A stretch of 32,000 bases of DNA from Nitrosospira multiformis ATCC 25196. GTDB taxonomy: Bacteria; Pseudomonadota; Gammaproteobacteria; Burkholderiales; Nitrosomonadaceae. The position numbers were made by a program, and so were the translations under genes. Under the pieces are notes generated by a model. The model ran no database searches. It saw only the letters and a program-made list of their open reading frames with translations, and was not told the origin of the DNA. The stretch's first letter is position 1, and each line of letters opens with the position of its first letter. Location of the stretch: NCBI RefSeq assembly GCF_000196355.1, contig NC_007614.1, forward strand, positions 900,001 through 932,000, read 5' to 3'. Shown here piece by piece: positions 22,142 through 32,000 of the stretch.

Positions 22142-23854
22142 TTACTGACGCTCGCTTTTCTCGCGCCGGCGCCAGCCTGCCAGGGCAAGCGTGCCAGCTA
22201 GCAGCATGCCGCCACCCAGACCGCCAAGCGAGAGCTTCTCGCTGCTGTCAAGGTCGAACAGGCTTGCCTTGCGCTTGGCCTCGAGCTTCGCTACCTTCGC
22301 CTGCAACGCCGCCATTTCACGGATCTTGGTGTTCTCGTCCATGACTTCGACGTAGTCGCGGTTCATCGGGCCCCAGCCTTCGGTATAGGTCCAGCCGCCC
22401 GGGTTGACGTGCGCCAGCCCTACGTGCAGTTTGGGAAGGTTGTTCTCTCCCATTTCCAGTACCTTGAGCTCGATCGCAGCAGGGTTGTTGTCCTTGCTCC
22501 AGTAGAGCTGGGTGAAGCCTGCGAACATTTCCTTGTCGGGCGGCAGCGGCGTCGGACGGTTGGTCTTCTGGCCGGTCAGCAGCCCTTCCTTGTAGAGCTT
22601 CTCAGCCACCGCGTGCGCTTCCTTGTACTTGGCGATGCCGTGCAGCGTGCCCTTGTCCATGAATTCAAGATAGGAGCGGGCAAAACGCTCGGAGTGGCAG
22701 GAGGTGCAGGTCTTGACCCAGGAGTCAAGCCGCGCTTCCGACCATTCGCTGTTGATGTTCTCGGCTATGCCGGGAACCGCAGGGTAGTTGGCCCAGCGTA
22801 TCTTCCTCACGACGTTGTGGCTGTACTTGCCTTCATATTCGAAGTGGCAGCCGGCACAGGTGGGCGCAGTCTGCCCGCCCTTGGTGTAGGCGTCCTTGAG
22901 CGGCGCGTTCCAGTTCCACTTGTCCCCCATGATCGCTACGGTCTTGCCGTGCTTGCTCATGGAGTAGGCTTCCCAGTTGTTGTGGTCTACCCCGCTGTGG
23001 CAGGTGGCGCATGCTTCAGGATGACGCGACTCGGCAGCAGAGAATTCGTGCCGCGTGTGGCAGGAGTCGCATTTGTTCTGGTTGGTGTGGCACATGCTGC
23101 AGCCTTCGGCAATCTCGCGCTGCGGCATGGAGGCAAATACCGCTACTTCTACGTTGGCCTTCCAGTCCAGCGAGTGCGAGGGGCGTCCCTGCGGCCATTG
23201 CTTGTTCGGCCATACCAGCGTGTCGCGCTCGGATTCGCGTTCGGCAAATTCCTGCAGGTGGCAGGTGCCGCATACGTCCGCCGTCGGCATCCGCAGATCC
23301 TTCATGTGGTCTGCCTTGTCCTTCTTGTTGATGTCAACGTGACAGTCGATGCATCCTACTTCCTTGAGCTTGTCGTTGGCCCCAAGCTTGCCCATCGAGC
23401 GAAGATTCTTCTCCACGTCTTCAAGCTTCGCCTTCTTGTAGTACGTCGGGTCTTCAGGCTTCAGGTTCCGGATCTTGTCCAGGTTCGCGTGCGTGCTCCG
23501 CTTCCACGCACTCACCCATACCGGCGATTCGTCCGTGTGGCATTTGACGCATTCCTCACGCGCCGCTACTTCCTTCATCGAGGTCGGCGGCTTGTAGTAC
23601 GAGGCAGGGTCAAAGTACATGCTCATCGGGATCGGCTCCCAGTACTTCGCCAGCGTGCCGCGCCCCGCTCCCTGCGCAGGATCCTTGTATCGCTTCACCA
23701 GCGCCGAATGCAGTTCCTTCGGCGAGGCCGACTGCTCCAGCTTCAGCGCCTTATACGTCTCTTTGGGAACGCTGGGAAAGTTAGCCCACGTGGCGCCCGC
23801 AAACAGCACCCCACACGCAAGCGTAACCAGCCTCAGCCAAGGCTTCATTAACAT
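22142..23854 (-). CDS. hao: Hydroxylamine oxidoreductase (octaheme)
   Basis: 570 aa; signal peptide; eight CxxCH motifs (CVKCH, CIDCH, CGTCH, CSMCH, CDSCH, CATCH, CAGCH, CTSCH); [16 protein letters not shown] region; C-terminal hydrophobic segment. Confidence 0.98.
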   Translation of the reverse strand: MLMKPWLRLVTLACGVLFAGATWANFPSVPKETYKALKLEQSASPKELHSALVKRYKDPAQGAGRGTLAKYWEPIPMSMYFDPASYYKPPTSMKEVAAREECVKCHTDESPVWVSAWKRSTHANLDKIRNLKPEDPTYYKKAKLEDVEKNLRSMGKLGANDKLKEVGCIDCHVDINKKDKADHMKDLRMPTADVCGTCHLQEFAERESERDTLVWPNKQWPQGRPSHSLDWKANVEVAVFASMPQREIAEGCSMCHTNQNKCDSCHTRHEFSAAESRHPEACATCHSGVDHNNWEAYSMSKHGKTVAIMGDKWNWNAPLKDAYTKGGQTAPTCAGCHFEYEGKYSHNVVRKIRWANYPAVPGIAENINSEWSEARLDSWVKTCTSCHSERFARSYLEFMDKGTLHGIAKYKEAHAVAEKLYKEGLLTGQKTNRPTPLPPDKEMFAGFTQLYWSKDNNPAAIELKVLEMGENNLPKLHVGLAHVNPGGWTYTEGWGPMNRDYVEVMDENTKIREMAALQAKVAKLEAKRKASLFDLDSSEKLSLGGLGGGMLLAGTLALAGWRRREKSERQ

Positions 23855-23988
23855 CTGCTTCTCTCCTTTACTCCGTAATGATGTTGTTGTGTCTGAACCT
23901 GCAATTCCTGCCTGCTGCTGCTTGGAAATACGTCAAATCCATTAAAACTGGCGGATTTCCGGCCGGAATACCCCTAGCGACTTTAAAA

Positions 23989-24063
23989 TTATTGTGGTCA
24001 TACTGTATCGCTGGTTCATATAAACCGGTAGCACCAGTAGGGAGACTCTTTCTGGTGCCACTG
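23989..24063 (+). repeat. Dispersed repeat copy B (direct repeat of 20333-20407)
   Basis: ttattgtggtcatactgtatcgctggttcatataaaccggtagcaccagtagggagactctttctggtgccactg; contains GCACCAG...CTGGTGC hairpin. Confidence 0.85.
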
Positions 24064-24134
24064 AAAGCCCTTTTGAGGGAGAATATTCACCCACAAGTCT
24101 CGAACAACCTTCCCGATTTGCTTTTTCACACACT

Positions 24135-24884
24135 TCATACAGGATTGTCGATGTCGATATACTGGTGGCTGATGCCGAATTTTTCAGAAATGTGCTCTCC
24201 CAGGGCTTGCACGCCATATCGCTCGGTGGCGTGATGTCCCGCTGAAATAAAAGCAACGCTAGACTCGCGTGCAAGATGTACGGTTCGTTCTGAAATTTCC
24301 CCGGTGATGAACACGTCTGCGCCAAGGTCGATGGCGTCACCGAAATAATCCTGAGCGGCGCCGGTACACCACGCCACCCGTTTTACCAGCCGCGCGTCAT
24401 CGCCGATCACCAGCGGGGTACGGGAAAGCGCTTGTTCTACACTTACCCGTAATTCTTTCAGATTCGATACGTTCGATGGCAAGCTTCCAAACATGCCGAT
24501 ACCTTGATCCCCGAAACGACTGGTTTCGCATAAACCCAGTTTGTGGGCCAACTGTGCATTGTTGCCCAGTTCGGGATGAGCATCCAACGGTAGATGATAG
24601 GAGAGCAAGCTGATGTCGTGTGCCAGCAGCAGGGCAATGCGCTGCCGCTTCATTCCGGTCAGACAGGGATTCTCACCGCGCCAGAAATAGCCGTGATGTA
24701 CCAGAATCGCATCGGCCCGAGCCGCGATGGCAGCGTCGATAAAATCGAGCGACGCTGTTACGCCGCTTACCAGTCGCCGCACTTCGCGTCGCCCTTCCAC
24801 TTGCAGCCCGTTTGGGCAATAATCATGAAATTTTGCGATATCGAGTAATCGGTTCAAATAGGCTTCGAGCTCATTCACTTGCAT
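24135..24884 (-). CDS. Nif3-like dinuclear metal center hexameric protein (YbgI/GTP cyclohydrolase 1 type 2 homolog)
   Basis: 249 aa; YCPNGLQVEGRREVRRLVSGVTASLDFIDAAI; ADAILVHHGYFW; DVFITGEISERTVHLARE. Confidence 0.92.
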   Translation of the reverse strand: MQVNELEAYLNRLLDIAKFHDYCPNGLQVEGRREVRRLVSGVTASLDFIDAAIAARADAILVHHGYFWRGENPCLTGMKRQRIALLLAHDISLLSYHLPLDAHPELGNNAQLAHKLGLCETSRFGDQGIGMFGSLPSNVSNLKELRVSVEQALSRTPLVIGDDARLVKRVAWCTGAAQDYFGDAIDLGADVFITGEISERTVHLARESSVAFISAGHHATERYGVQALGEHISEKFGISHQYIDIDNPV

Positions 24885-24963
24885 TGCTGCTCACCCGGTC
24901 GCATTCGTCTATGATTTAAAATCAATGCTGCTATTTTATCCCTGATTCCACATCTCTCAATCT

Positions 24964-26160
24964 ATGCACAAGCTCTGGCTAGTTTTCGCGCAAGCTACCA
25001 CGATAGTTCTGGCAGCCCTGTTTGTCGTTTCGACTTTACGCCCGGGTCTATTACCCTGGCAATCCGGAGATGGCGGTGTCGTAACCATAAAGGAAGCTCC
25101 GGTTGACAAGTCACACAAGGCAGAGGTCGAGCCTGCCCCTGGGAGCTTCAGTAGCGCGGCGAAAAAGGCCATGCCCTCCGTGGTGAATGTATTCACCACC
25201 AAGGAAATCAAGGCTGCCCCCCATCCCTTCATGGAGGATCCTTTCTTCCGGCGTTTCTTCGGAGATCGTTTCGAATCCCCTCAGAGCCGCCGCGCCGCCA
25301 GCCTGGGATCCGGGGTGATCGTGAGTCCGCAGGGATATATCCTTACGAACCATCATGTCATTGAAGCGGCGGATGAAATCGAGATTGCGCTGGCGGACGG
25401 GAGAAAAACGAAAGCGCGGGTCATCGGCTCCGATCCCGAAACCGATCTTGCAGTGGTAAGAGTGGATATGGAAGGACTTCCGGCCATCACTTTCGGATAC
25501 TCCGACAATGCCCTGGTCGGCGATATTGTCCTTGCGATCGGTAATCCTTTCGGTGTGGGCCAGACGGTAACGATGGGGATTATCAGCGCACTCGGACGAA
25601 CCCATCTGGGTATCAACACCTTCGAAAATTTCATTCAGACCGATGCTGCCATCAATCCGGGAAATTCTGGCGGTGCACTGGTGGATGCGTCGGGTAACCT
25701 CATCGGCATCAATACCGCCATAGTCTCCAGAACGGGAGGATCACTTGGGATAGGCTTTGCCATTACAGCAGGGGTAGCCAAGCAGATCATGGAGCAGATT
25801 ATCCGGACAGGGGGCGTGACCCGTGGCTGGATCGGCGTGGAAGTACAGGATATGACGCCGGAACTTGCGGAGTCGTTCAAGCGCTCGACTACCAGCGGGG
25901 CGTTGATTGCAGGTGTGCTCAAGGGAGGACCTGCGGATCGTGCCGGAGTGAAGCCGGGTGACATTATTGTAGGAGTGGGAGGAAAAGAGGTAACGGATTC
26001 ATCCGGCATGCTCAATCTGGTAGCGGCATTACCTCCCGGAAACATGGCGACCATTACAGTCATGCGTAACCAGAACAAGAAGGCAATCGAGATCAATGTT
26101 GGAAAACGTCCCAAGCCTCAGCCTCAGGAGCAGTTTCAGGAGCCCGAGGAGCTGGAATAA
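24964..26160 (+). CDS. Trypsin-like serine protease with PDZ domain, DegS/DegQ/HtrA family
   Basis: 398 aa; N-terminal TM; GSGVIVSPQGYILTNHHV, DPETDLAVVRV, INPGNSGGALVD; one PDZ domain. Confidence 0.94.
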   Translation: MHKLWLVFAQATTIVLAALFVVSTLRPGLLPWQSGDGGVVTIKEAPVDKSHKAEVEPAPGSFSSAAKKAMPSVVNVFTTKEIKAAPHPFMEDPFFRRFFGDRFESPQSRRAASLGSGVIVSPQGYILTNHHVIEAADEIEIALADGRKTKARVIGSDPETDLAVVRVDMEGLPAITFGYSDNALVGDIVLAIGNPFGVGQTVTMGIISALGRTHLGINTFENFIQTDAAINPGNSGGALVDASGNLIGINTAIVSRTGGSLGIGFAITAGVAKQIMEQIIRTGGVTRGWIGVEVQDMTPELAESFKRSTTSGALIAGVLKGGPADRAGVKPGDIIVGVGGKEVTDSSGMLNLVAALPPGNMATITVMRNQNKKAIEINVGKRPKPQPQEQFQEPEELE

Positions 26161-26248
26161 AAGCGGTTGTGGAAGAGGACGCAGTGACTATGGCATGAGA
26201 TTGGAAATTATCTGAGCGAAAACGCGCTGTTTTTCCCCAGGCAATAAC

Positions 26249-27049
26249 TCAGCTCCTCTTTCCTTCCTCTGTTCCGGTCTGGTCGGAAGGGGAATTCGTA
26301 TCAGGACCGCCCGCTGGCTGATAAACGGCCAAAGTTTCCGAACGCCCGATGATTCCTGCAGCCAATATCCCGAGTTCATATAGCAGGTAGAGCGGCACCG
26401 CCAGCATGAATTGGGAAACAACATCCGGAGGCGTAAATATCGCGCCAACGACAAAAGCGCCGACAAGAACATAGCGGCGCATCGCTTTCAGCTTTTCAAT
26501 GGTAACAAGGCCTATCCGAACCAGTATCACAACGAATATGGGTACTTCGAATGTGATGCCGAACGCGATGAACATGGTCAGCACAAAATCCAGGTATTTG
26601 CTGATGTCTGTCATCACTGCCACACCTTCCGGCGCGAAATGGGTAATGAATTCGAACACCAGTGGAAGGACGGCAAAATAGGCAAAAGCCATGCCGCACC
26701 CGAACAGAATGCTGCTCACCAGCACCAGGGGCAGTACCAGGCGCTTTTCGTGGGAATACAATCCGGGGGCGACGAATGCCCATATCTGGTAGAGAGTATG
26801 GGGCAGGGTAATGATAAAGGCAGCCATCATGGCCACTTTCATGGGTACAAAGAAGGGCGTAACCACTTCCGTCGCGATCATCTGCCCCCCTTGAGGGAGT
26901 TTCTCGAGCAAAGGCTGCGCTAATAAAGAATAAAGCTCACGGGCATAGTAGGCGCAGGGCAAGAAGCCGAGCAGAATACCTGCACACGCCCGAAGCAGCC
27001 GGGCCCGCAGTTCGACCAGGTGCGAGATAAATGTTTCGTCGGCACTCAT
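26249..27049 (-). CDS. tatC: Sec-independent protein translocase TatC
   Basis: 266 aa; MSADETFISHLVELRARLLRA; multiple TM; FGITFEVPIFVVILVRIGLV. Confidence 0.97.
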   Translation of the reverse strand: MSADETFISHLVELRARLLRACAGILLGFLPCAYYARELYSLLAQPLLEKLPQGGQMIATEVVTPFFVPMKVAMMAAFIITLPHTLYQIWAFVAPGLYSHEKRLVLPLVLVSSILFGCGMAFAYFAVLPLVFEFITHFAPEGVAVMTDISKYLDFVLTMFIAFGITFEVPIFVVILVRIGLVTIEKLKAMRRYVLVGAFVVGAIFTPPDVVSQFMLAVPLYLLYELGILAAGIIGRSETLAVYQPAGGPDTNSPSDQTGTEEGKRS

Positions 27050-27176
27050 GTGATGGAAGGTGGGCGGAAAAGGTTAGACCGATCCCCTTATACCGACTGT
27101 CGATAGTGAAGTACAGCGGGGATGAGGTATAAGCATGCGTCCAGTCGACTCCTGAGCATTCTTCCGGGAGGCGGAA

Positions 27177-27620
27177 TTATTCAGCAGTTTCGCGCTCGCG
27201 ATTTACACCGGGTCCGGCTGGGTCGGAATTCTTCGTAGATTGCACCGGCGGCGGAGCAGGTTCGGCCGGGGCCGGGGAGGAATTTTGTGGGGGTGAAGAT
27301 TCTCCCGCCGGGGCTGTAGTAGGGGGAGGCATAGCGGAAGCTTCAGCACCTGCCTCTACCGTTTCCCGAAACTTATCCAGCTCGGTATGTACCGAATTTT
27401 CGATTGAACGACCCGTTTCCTCCACTGAGGCTTTCCATTTTTTCAGTTCGTCCAACTCGATTTCACGCTGGATGTCGCTTTTGACATCGTTGACATAGCG
27501 CTGTGCCCACCCGAACACATGCCCTAGCGTACGCGCCACCTTAGGGAGCCGTTCCGGCCCGATCACGATCAGTGCGACTGCCGCGATGACCAGAATTTCC
27601 GAGAAACTGATATCGAACAT
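27177..27620 (-). CDS. tatB: Sec-independent protein translocase TatB
   Basis: 147 aa; MFDISFSEILVIAAVALIVIGPERLPKVARTLG; Pro-rich C-terminus. Confidence 0.96.
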   Translation of the reverse strand: MFDISFSEILVIAAVALIVIGPERLPKVARTLGHVFGWAQRYVNDVKSDIQREIELDELKKWKASVEETGRSIENSVHTELDKFRETVEAGAEASAMPPPTTAPAGESSPPQNSSPAPAEPAPPPVQSTKNSDPAGPGVNRERETAE

Positions 27621-27709
27621 TTTGGCAAGAATAAGACCGGATCAAGCGATCGATAGCGACCGCGTCACTTCTCGCTTGCCGAGTCGCCGGTTGTCGCCGC
27701 TATCGGTAT

Positions 27710-27934
27710 TCAGGATTTCGACTGAGCCTTATCTTTGATATCGGCATCGATAATCCGGGCCTCGGTGTGATTATGCGCGGATATCTCCTCTTCATCCGCG
27801 CTTTTTACACCTTCGCGGAAGCCCTTCACCGCCCCGCCCAGATCGCTTCCCAGATTACGGAGTTTTTTGGTACCGAATACCAGAACAACGATCAGCAGAA
27901 CGATCAGCCAATGCCAGATGCTGAATGATCCCAT
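27710..27934 (-). CDS. tatA: Sec-independent protein translocase TatA
   Basis: 74 aa from internal ATG; [43 protein letters not shown]. Confidence 0.96.
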   Translation of the reverse strand: MGSFSIWHWLIVLLIVVLVFGTKKLRNLGSDLGGAVKGFREGVKSADEEEISAHNHTEARIIDADIKDKAQSKS

Positions 27935-27971
27935 TATTCCTCCTTTATCCCTTATCCTTTGCTCATTACCT

Positions 27972-28325
27972 TTATTTCCCGCGAGCAATCATTCCCGGCA
28001 GGCGTTCCATGCCACCGATGATGTGGATGTGCAGGTGATGTACTTCTTGGCCGCCTACTCGTCCAGTATTGATTACCGTACGAAAACCATCCGTACAACC
28101 TTGTTCCCTTGCCAGCTTGGGCACCAGTACCATCATCTCACCGAGCAAGGCGCTATGGGCATTTTCCACATCGGCAAGCGAGTTGATGTGCAGTTTGGGT
28201 ATCAGCATGAAGTGTACCGGGGCCGCCGGGTGGATATCATGGAATGCATAAACGCGGGCATCCTCATACACTTTCTCGCTCGGAATTTCTCCTCGCACAA
28301 TCTTGCAAAAAATACAACTGTCCAT
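27972..28325 (-). CDS. HIT family protein (histidine triad)
   Basis: 117 aa; [21 protein letters not shown]...[11 protein letters not shown]. Confidence 0.95.
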   Translation of the reverse strand: MDSCIFCKIVRGEIPSEKVYEDARVYAFHDIHPAAPVHFMLIPKLHINSLADVENAHSALLGEMMVLVPKLAREQGCTDGFRTVINTGRVGGQEVHHLHIHIIGGMERLPGMIARGK

Positions 28326-28691
28326 TTACTTATCCTGATTCATCCTGCCGATTCCGTTATCTGCCAGTCCTGCTTTGCGGGCAGCTTTTTCATCAATTCC
28401 TGAAACCCCTTCCCGCCGGCGTAACTCATCCAGCACATCCCCCAGCTTCAGATTATGATGAGCCAGTAACACCAGGCAATGAAACCAAAGATCCGCCGTC
28501 TCGCGCACTACGTGCGTGCTATCCCCATCTTTCGATGCCAGCAGAACCTCCGCTGATTCTTCCGCAATCTTTTTCAGAATCTTGTCCCGTCCGTCATGCA
28601 GCAGCTTCGCCACATAAGAAGCATGGGGATCAGACTGTTTACGTGCCTCTATGGTCTCGGCAAGGCGAAAAAGAATATCGGGATCGCTCAT
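28326..28691 (-). CDS. hisE: Phosphoribosyl-ATP diphosphatase
   Basis: 121 aa from internal ATG; [27 protein letters not shown]...[14 protein letters not shown]. Confidence 0.95.
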   Translation of the reverse strand: MSDPDILFRLAETIEARKQSDPHASYVAKLLHDGRDKILKKIAEESAEVLLASKDGDSTHVVRETADLWFHCLVLLAHHNLKLGDVLDELRRREGVSGIDEKAARKAGLADNGIGRMNQDK

Positions 28692-29080
28692 CGCTGCCCG
28701 TAGATCTCTTCGGGATTCTTGATGACGGGTTCGGTCACCAACCACTGGTCCTGTTCCAGTTTTTTGAAAAAGCAATGATGCCTGCCGGTATGACAAGCGA
28801 CCCCCCCGACTTGTTCCACTACCAGCAGCAGGACGTCCTCATCACAATCCAGCCGGATTTCTTTTACTTTCTGCACATGCCCGGATTCTTCACCTTTATG
28901 CCAGAGTTTTTTGCGCGAGCGTGACCAGTAATGGGCCTCCCCCGTTTGCGCAGTAAGTCTCAATGCCTCGGGATTCATCCAGGCTACCATCAGTACCTTA
29001 TTGCTGATGGCATCCTGTGTCACGACCGGCACTAATCCGTCCGCAGACCAGTTTACTTTGTTGAGCCATGTATCAGACAT
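28688..29080 (-). CDS. hisI: Phosphoribosyl-AMP cyclohydrolase
   Basis: 130 aa from internal ATG; [40 protein letters not shown]; CHTGRHHCF; 4-bp overlap with hisE. Confidence 0.96.
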   Translation of the reverse strand: MSDTWLNKVNWSADGLVPVVTQDAISNKVLMVAWMNPEALRLTAQTGEAHYWSRSRKKLWHKGEESGHVQKVKEIRLDCDEDVLLLVVEQVGGVACHTGRHHCFFKKLEQDQWLVTEPVIKNPEEIYGQR

Positions 29081-29111
29081 GAATATGCCGGAGTTTGATT
29101 CGATCCTGTTA

Positions 29112-29870
29112 CTATAGTCGTACTTCAATACCATGCTGTGACATATATTCCTTGGCCTGGCGAACGGTATATTCGCCATAGTGGAAAACGCTCGCAGCCA
29201 GCACAGCATCGGCATGACCTTCCACGACTCCATCAACCAGATGCTGCAGATTGCCTACACCGCCGCTCGCAATCACCGGTACATCCACCGCATCTGACAC
29301 CGCGCGGGTCAGCGCCAGATCGAACCCATCCCGGGTACCGTCTCTGTCCATACTGGTCAGCAATATTTCTCCAGCTCCGAGAGATTGCATTTTCTTAGCC
29401 CATTCGATTGCATCGAGTCCGGTAGGCTTGCGGCCCCCGTGCGTGAATACTTCCCATCCTTGTCCCGCACGCTTGGCGTCTATCGCCACGACAATGCATT
29501 GAGAGCCATAACGCCCCGCCGCATCAGCCACCAGTTGGGGGTTTTGTATGGCCGAAGTGTTGATGCTTACCTTATCAGCTCCTGCATTCAGGAGACGGCG
29601 CACATCTTCCACCTTGCGAACACCGCCTCCTACCGTCAACGGGATGAATACCTGGGCTGCCACTTCTTCGATGATATGAAGAATCAGATCACGGTCATCG
29701 GAACTCGCGGTAATATCGAGGAAAGTCAGCTCATCCGCTCCCTGATCATCATAGCGGCGCGCTATTTCGATGGGATCTCCCGCATCTCGAAGTGAGACAA
29801 ATTTGACTCCCTTGACAACACGTCCGTTCGTAACGTCAAGACAGGGAATGATACGCTTGGCAAGACCCAT
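29112..29870 (-). CDS. hisF: Imidazole glycerol phosphate synthase subunit HisF
   Basis: 252 aa from ATG at 29870 (track begins at GTG 29876); [35 protein letters not shown]. Confidence 0.97.
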
Positions 29871-30103
29871 AGACACCTCTGGATACCGCTAAAAACCGCA
29901 AAGTTTGTAGGTTTCCGCTATGCGGATTATCTGTTTTTGTCCCTCCTTGCGCTCTGGGGTCGCAAGGAGGTCGAAGAGTTCGAATTTGTAGAGGTAACCG
30001 CAAGACTCGGGCTTTCCGTAAGGGAGTTGTAGTGATAGAAAAAAGAATAATCCGAGTCGGGAACCGCTCCAGCCTGTATGGCTGGACGAGATGGGATGTT
30101 TCA

Positions 30104-30877
30104 TCAAAAGAGAATTGTCGTATCCCTGGGGCTTGATTGGGTGCTTAGCTCATCCGCCAGCTCCTGGGCTACCTTGAAGTCGAGCGTCCCTTCATAAATG
30201 GCGCGTCCCGTTATTGCACCTGCAATACCTTCCGGTTCCATCTCGCACAGTGCCTTGACGTCATCAAGGCTGCTCACGCCGCCACTGGCAATGACGGGAA
30301 TCGTCAGCGCCCTGGCCAGCTCCAGGGTCGCCTTCAGATTGACACCGCTCAACATGCCATCGCGCCCGATATCGGTATAGATGATTGCCTCCACGCCATA
30401 GTCTTCGAATTTTTTCGCAAGATCCACCACGTCATGCCCCGTCACCTTGGACCAGCCATTGACCGCCACCTTGCCGTCCTTTGCATCCAGCCCGACCATG
30501 ATATGACCTGGAAAAGCATTGCACGCGTCGTGCAGGAATCCGGGGGTTTTTACTGCGGCTGTGCCGATGATGATGTAGGTAATACCGTCATCGAGGTAAC
30601 GTTCGATGGTTTCCAGATCACGTATGCCGCCGCCGAGTTGAGTCGGAATCTCATCCCCGATGGCATCTACGATGTCGCGGATTGCCAGCTCGTTCTTCGG
30701 TTTGCCCGCAAACGCGCCATTCAGGTCTACCAGATGCAGTCTTCTGGCGCCTTGATCCAGCCAATGCCTGGCCATGGCAGCAGGATCTTCAGAAAATACA
30801 GTAACGTTTTCCATCACACCCTGTTTCAGCCGTACACAGTGACCGTCTTTCAAATCTATAGCGGGAATGATAAGCAT
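30104..30877 (-). CDS. hisA: Phosphoribosylformimino-5-aminoimidazole carboxamide ribotide isomerase
   Basis: 257 aa; [20 protein letters not shown]. Confidence 0.97.
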   Translation of the reverse strand: MLIIPAIDLKDGHCVRLKQGVMENVTVFSEDPAAMARHWLDQGARRLHLVDLNGAFAGKPKNELAIRDIVDAIGDEIPTQLGGGIRDLETIERYLDDGITYIIIGTAAVKTPGFLHDACNAFPGHIMVGLDAKDGKVAVNGWSKVTGHDVVDLAKKFEDYGVEAIIYTDIGRDGMLSGVNLKATLELARALTIPVIASGGVSSLDDVKALCEMEPEGIAGAITGRAIYEGTLDFKVAQELADELSTQSSPRDTTILF

Positions 30878-30941
30878 TTTGAATCAGGATAAAAATGAAT
30901 TGAGTTTCAGAATTCGTAGCGCGCAAACCTTCTAACGTTTC

Positions 30942-31580
30942 TCAAACGGGCTTCCAGCGGACAAAGTTACCGAGGAGCGTCAGGCCGGCCGCGTGGCTCT
31001 TTTCGGGGTGGAACTGTACGGCAAAAATGTTATCTTTCGCCACCGCACAAGTAAAAGAAAAGGGGTAAGCACTGTGACCCGCCGAATCGGCGTCAGCGGG
31101 TTCGACATAGTAGCTGTGCACGAAATAAAAGCGCGAATCATTGGCAATGTTTTTCCAGAGGGAATGCCCGACCGACTGATGGACCTGATTCCAACCCATG
31201 TGCGGCACCTTGAGTTTCTGCCCTTTTTCATCTTTCATCGCACTTGCGGGAAAACGCTTTACCCTTCCCGGCACGATACCGAGCCCGGAGACATTGCCCT
31301 CCTCGCTGCTGTCGAACAGCATTTGCAGGCCGATGCAGATACCCAGGAATGGTTTGTTGGCGGCTGCGTCCCGCACGGCTTCGCGCAATCCGAGCCGGTC
31401 CAGTTCACGCAGGCAGTCCGGCATGGCGCCCTGCCCGGGAACGACCACGCGCTCCGCTTTCCGCACTACTTCAGGGTTATTGGTGACAGCGATGACAGCC
31501 TCGGGGGCGACATGTTCCAGTGCTTTGGCTACGGAACGCAGGTTTCCCATGCCGTAGTCAACAATTGCAATATCAGTCAT
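30942..31580 (-). CDS. hisH: Imidazole glycerol phosphate synthase subunit HisH
   Basis: 212 aa; MTDIAIVDYGMGNLRSVAKALEHV; PFLGICIGLQMLFDSSEE; QFHPEKS. Confidence 0.97.
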   Translation of the reverse strand: MTDIAIVDYGMGNLRSVAKALEHVAPEAVIAVTNNPEVVRKAERVVVPGQGAMPDCLRELDRLGLREAVRDAAANKPFLGICIGLQMLFDSSEEGNVSGLGIVPGRVKRFPASAMKDEKGQKLKVPHMGWNQVHQSVGHSLWKNIANDSRFYFVHSYYVEPADADSAGHSAYPFSFTCAVAKDNIFAVQFHPEKSHAAGLTLLGNFVRWKPV

Positions 31581-31603
31581 ACCGCATCTATGAGTGTGGG
31601 AAA

Positions 31604-32000
31604 TTACAGAGTGCCTTTGGTGGAGGGTATTGCACCCGCTGCCCGCGGATCGGCTTCCACCGCCATGCGCAGCGCGCGCCCGAACGCCTTGAATATGGTT
31701 TCCGCCTGGTGATGCGCATTTGTGCCCGATAAGTTGTCGATATGCAGGGTAACCATGGCGTGGTTGACAAAACCCCGGAAAAATTCGCTGATGAGATCGA
31801 CATCGAATTCCCCGATACGCGCCCGCACAAACTCGACATTGAACTCCATTCCGGGGCGGCCGGATAGATCGATCACCACCCGGGAGAGGGCTTCGTCCAG
31901 GGGCACGTAGGAATGGCCGTAGCGGCGCAAGCCGCTCTTGGTTCCAACCGCCTGGGTGAATGCCTGCCCAAAAGTGATGCCGATATCTTCCACCGTGTGG
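31604..32000 (-). CDS. hisB: Imidazoleglycerol-phosphate dehydratase, C-terminal part (5' end beyond window)
   Basis: [38 protein letters not shown]...[20 protein letters not shown]; the track's M at 31993 is an internal GTG codon. Confidence 0.96.

Noticed and set aside
22409-23851. 480-aa plus-strand ORF opposite hao
   Set aside because: Fully antisense to an unmistakable octaheme HAO gene. It is typical of a high-GC antisense open frame.
24957-26114. Minus-strand ORFs opposite the HtrA/DegQ gene
   Set aside because: Antisense to a clear serine protease CDS with intact catalytic motifs.

Overview
The window is chromosomal DNA from a betaproteobacterial ammonia oxidiser, probably Nitrosospira/Nitrosomonas-like (inferred from AmoCAB, HAO and c554 protein features; no database search was run). 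From left to right it contains: (1) the distal part of the S10/spc/alpha ribosomal-protein locus, from the last codons of rplP to rplQ, including secY, infA, rpmJ and rpoA, ending in a clear rho-independent terminator; (2) a small variable segment with a membrane ORF, an apparently 5'-truncated hypothetical gene, an NDH-2-like oxidoreductase and gluQ; (3) a complete amoCAB operon on the + strand; (4) a MocR/PdxR-type regulator on the - strand; (5) the hydroxylamine-oxidation cluster hao-haoB-cycA-cycB on the - strand; (6) Nif3-like, DegQ/HtrA, tatCBA, HIT, hisE, hisI, hisF, hisA, hisH and the 3' part of hisB. The most interesting non-coding signals are around the hao cluster. A ~75-bp dispersed repeat (63/75 matching bases by hand alignment) occurs as direct copies on both sides of hao-haoB. 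A GC-rich ~48-bp tandem duplication adjoins the internal copy. A rho-independent terminator separates haoB from cycA within an ~0.88-kb spacer. I found no CRISPR array, tRNA, rRNA, transposase or recognisable new defence system.
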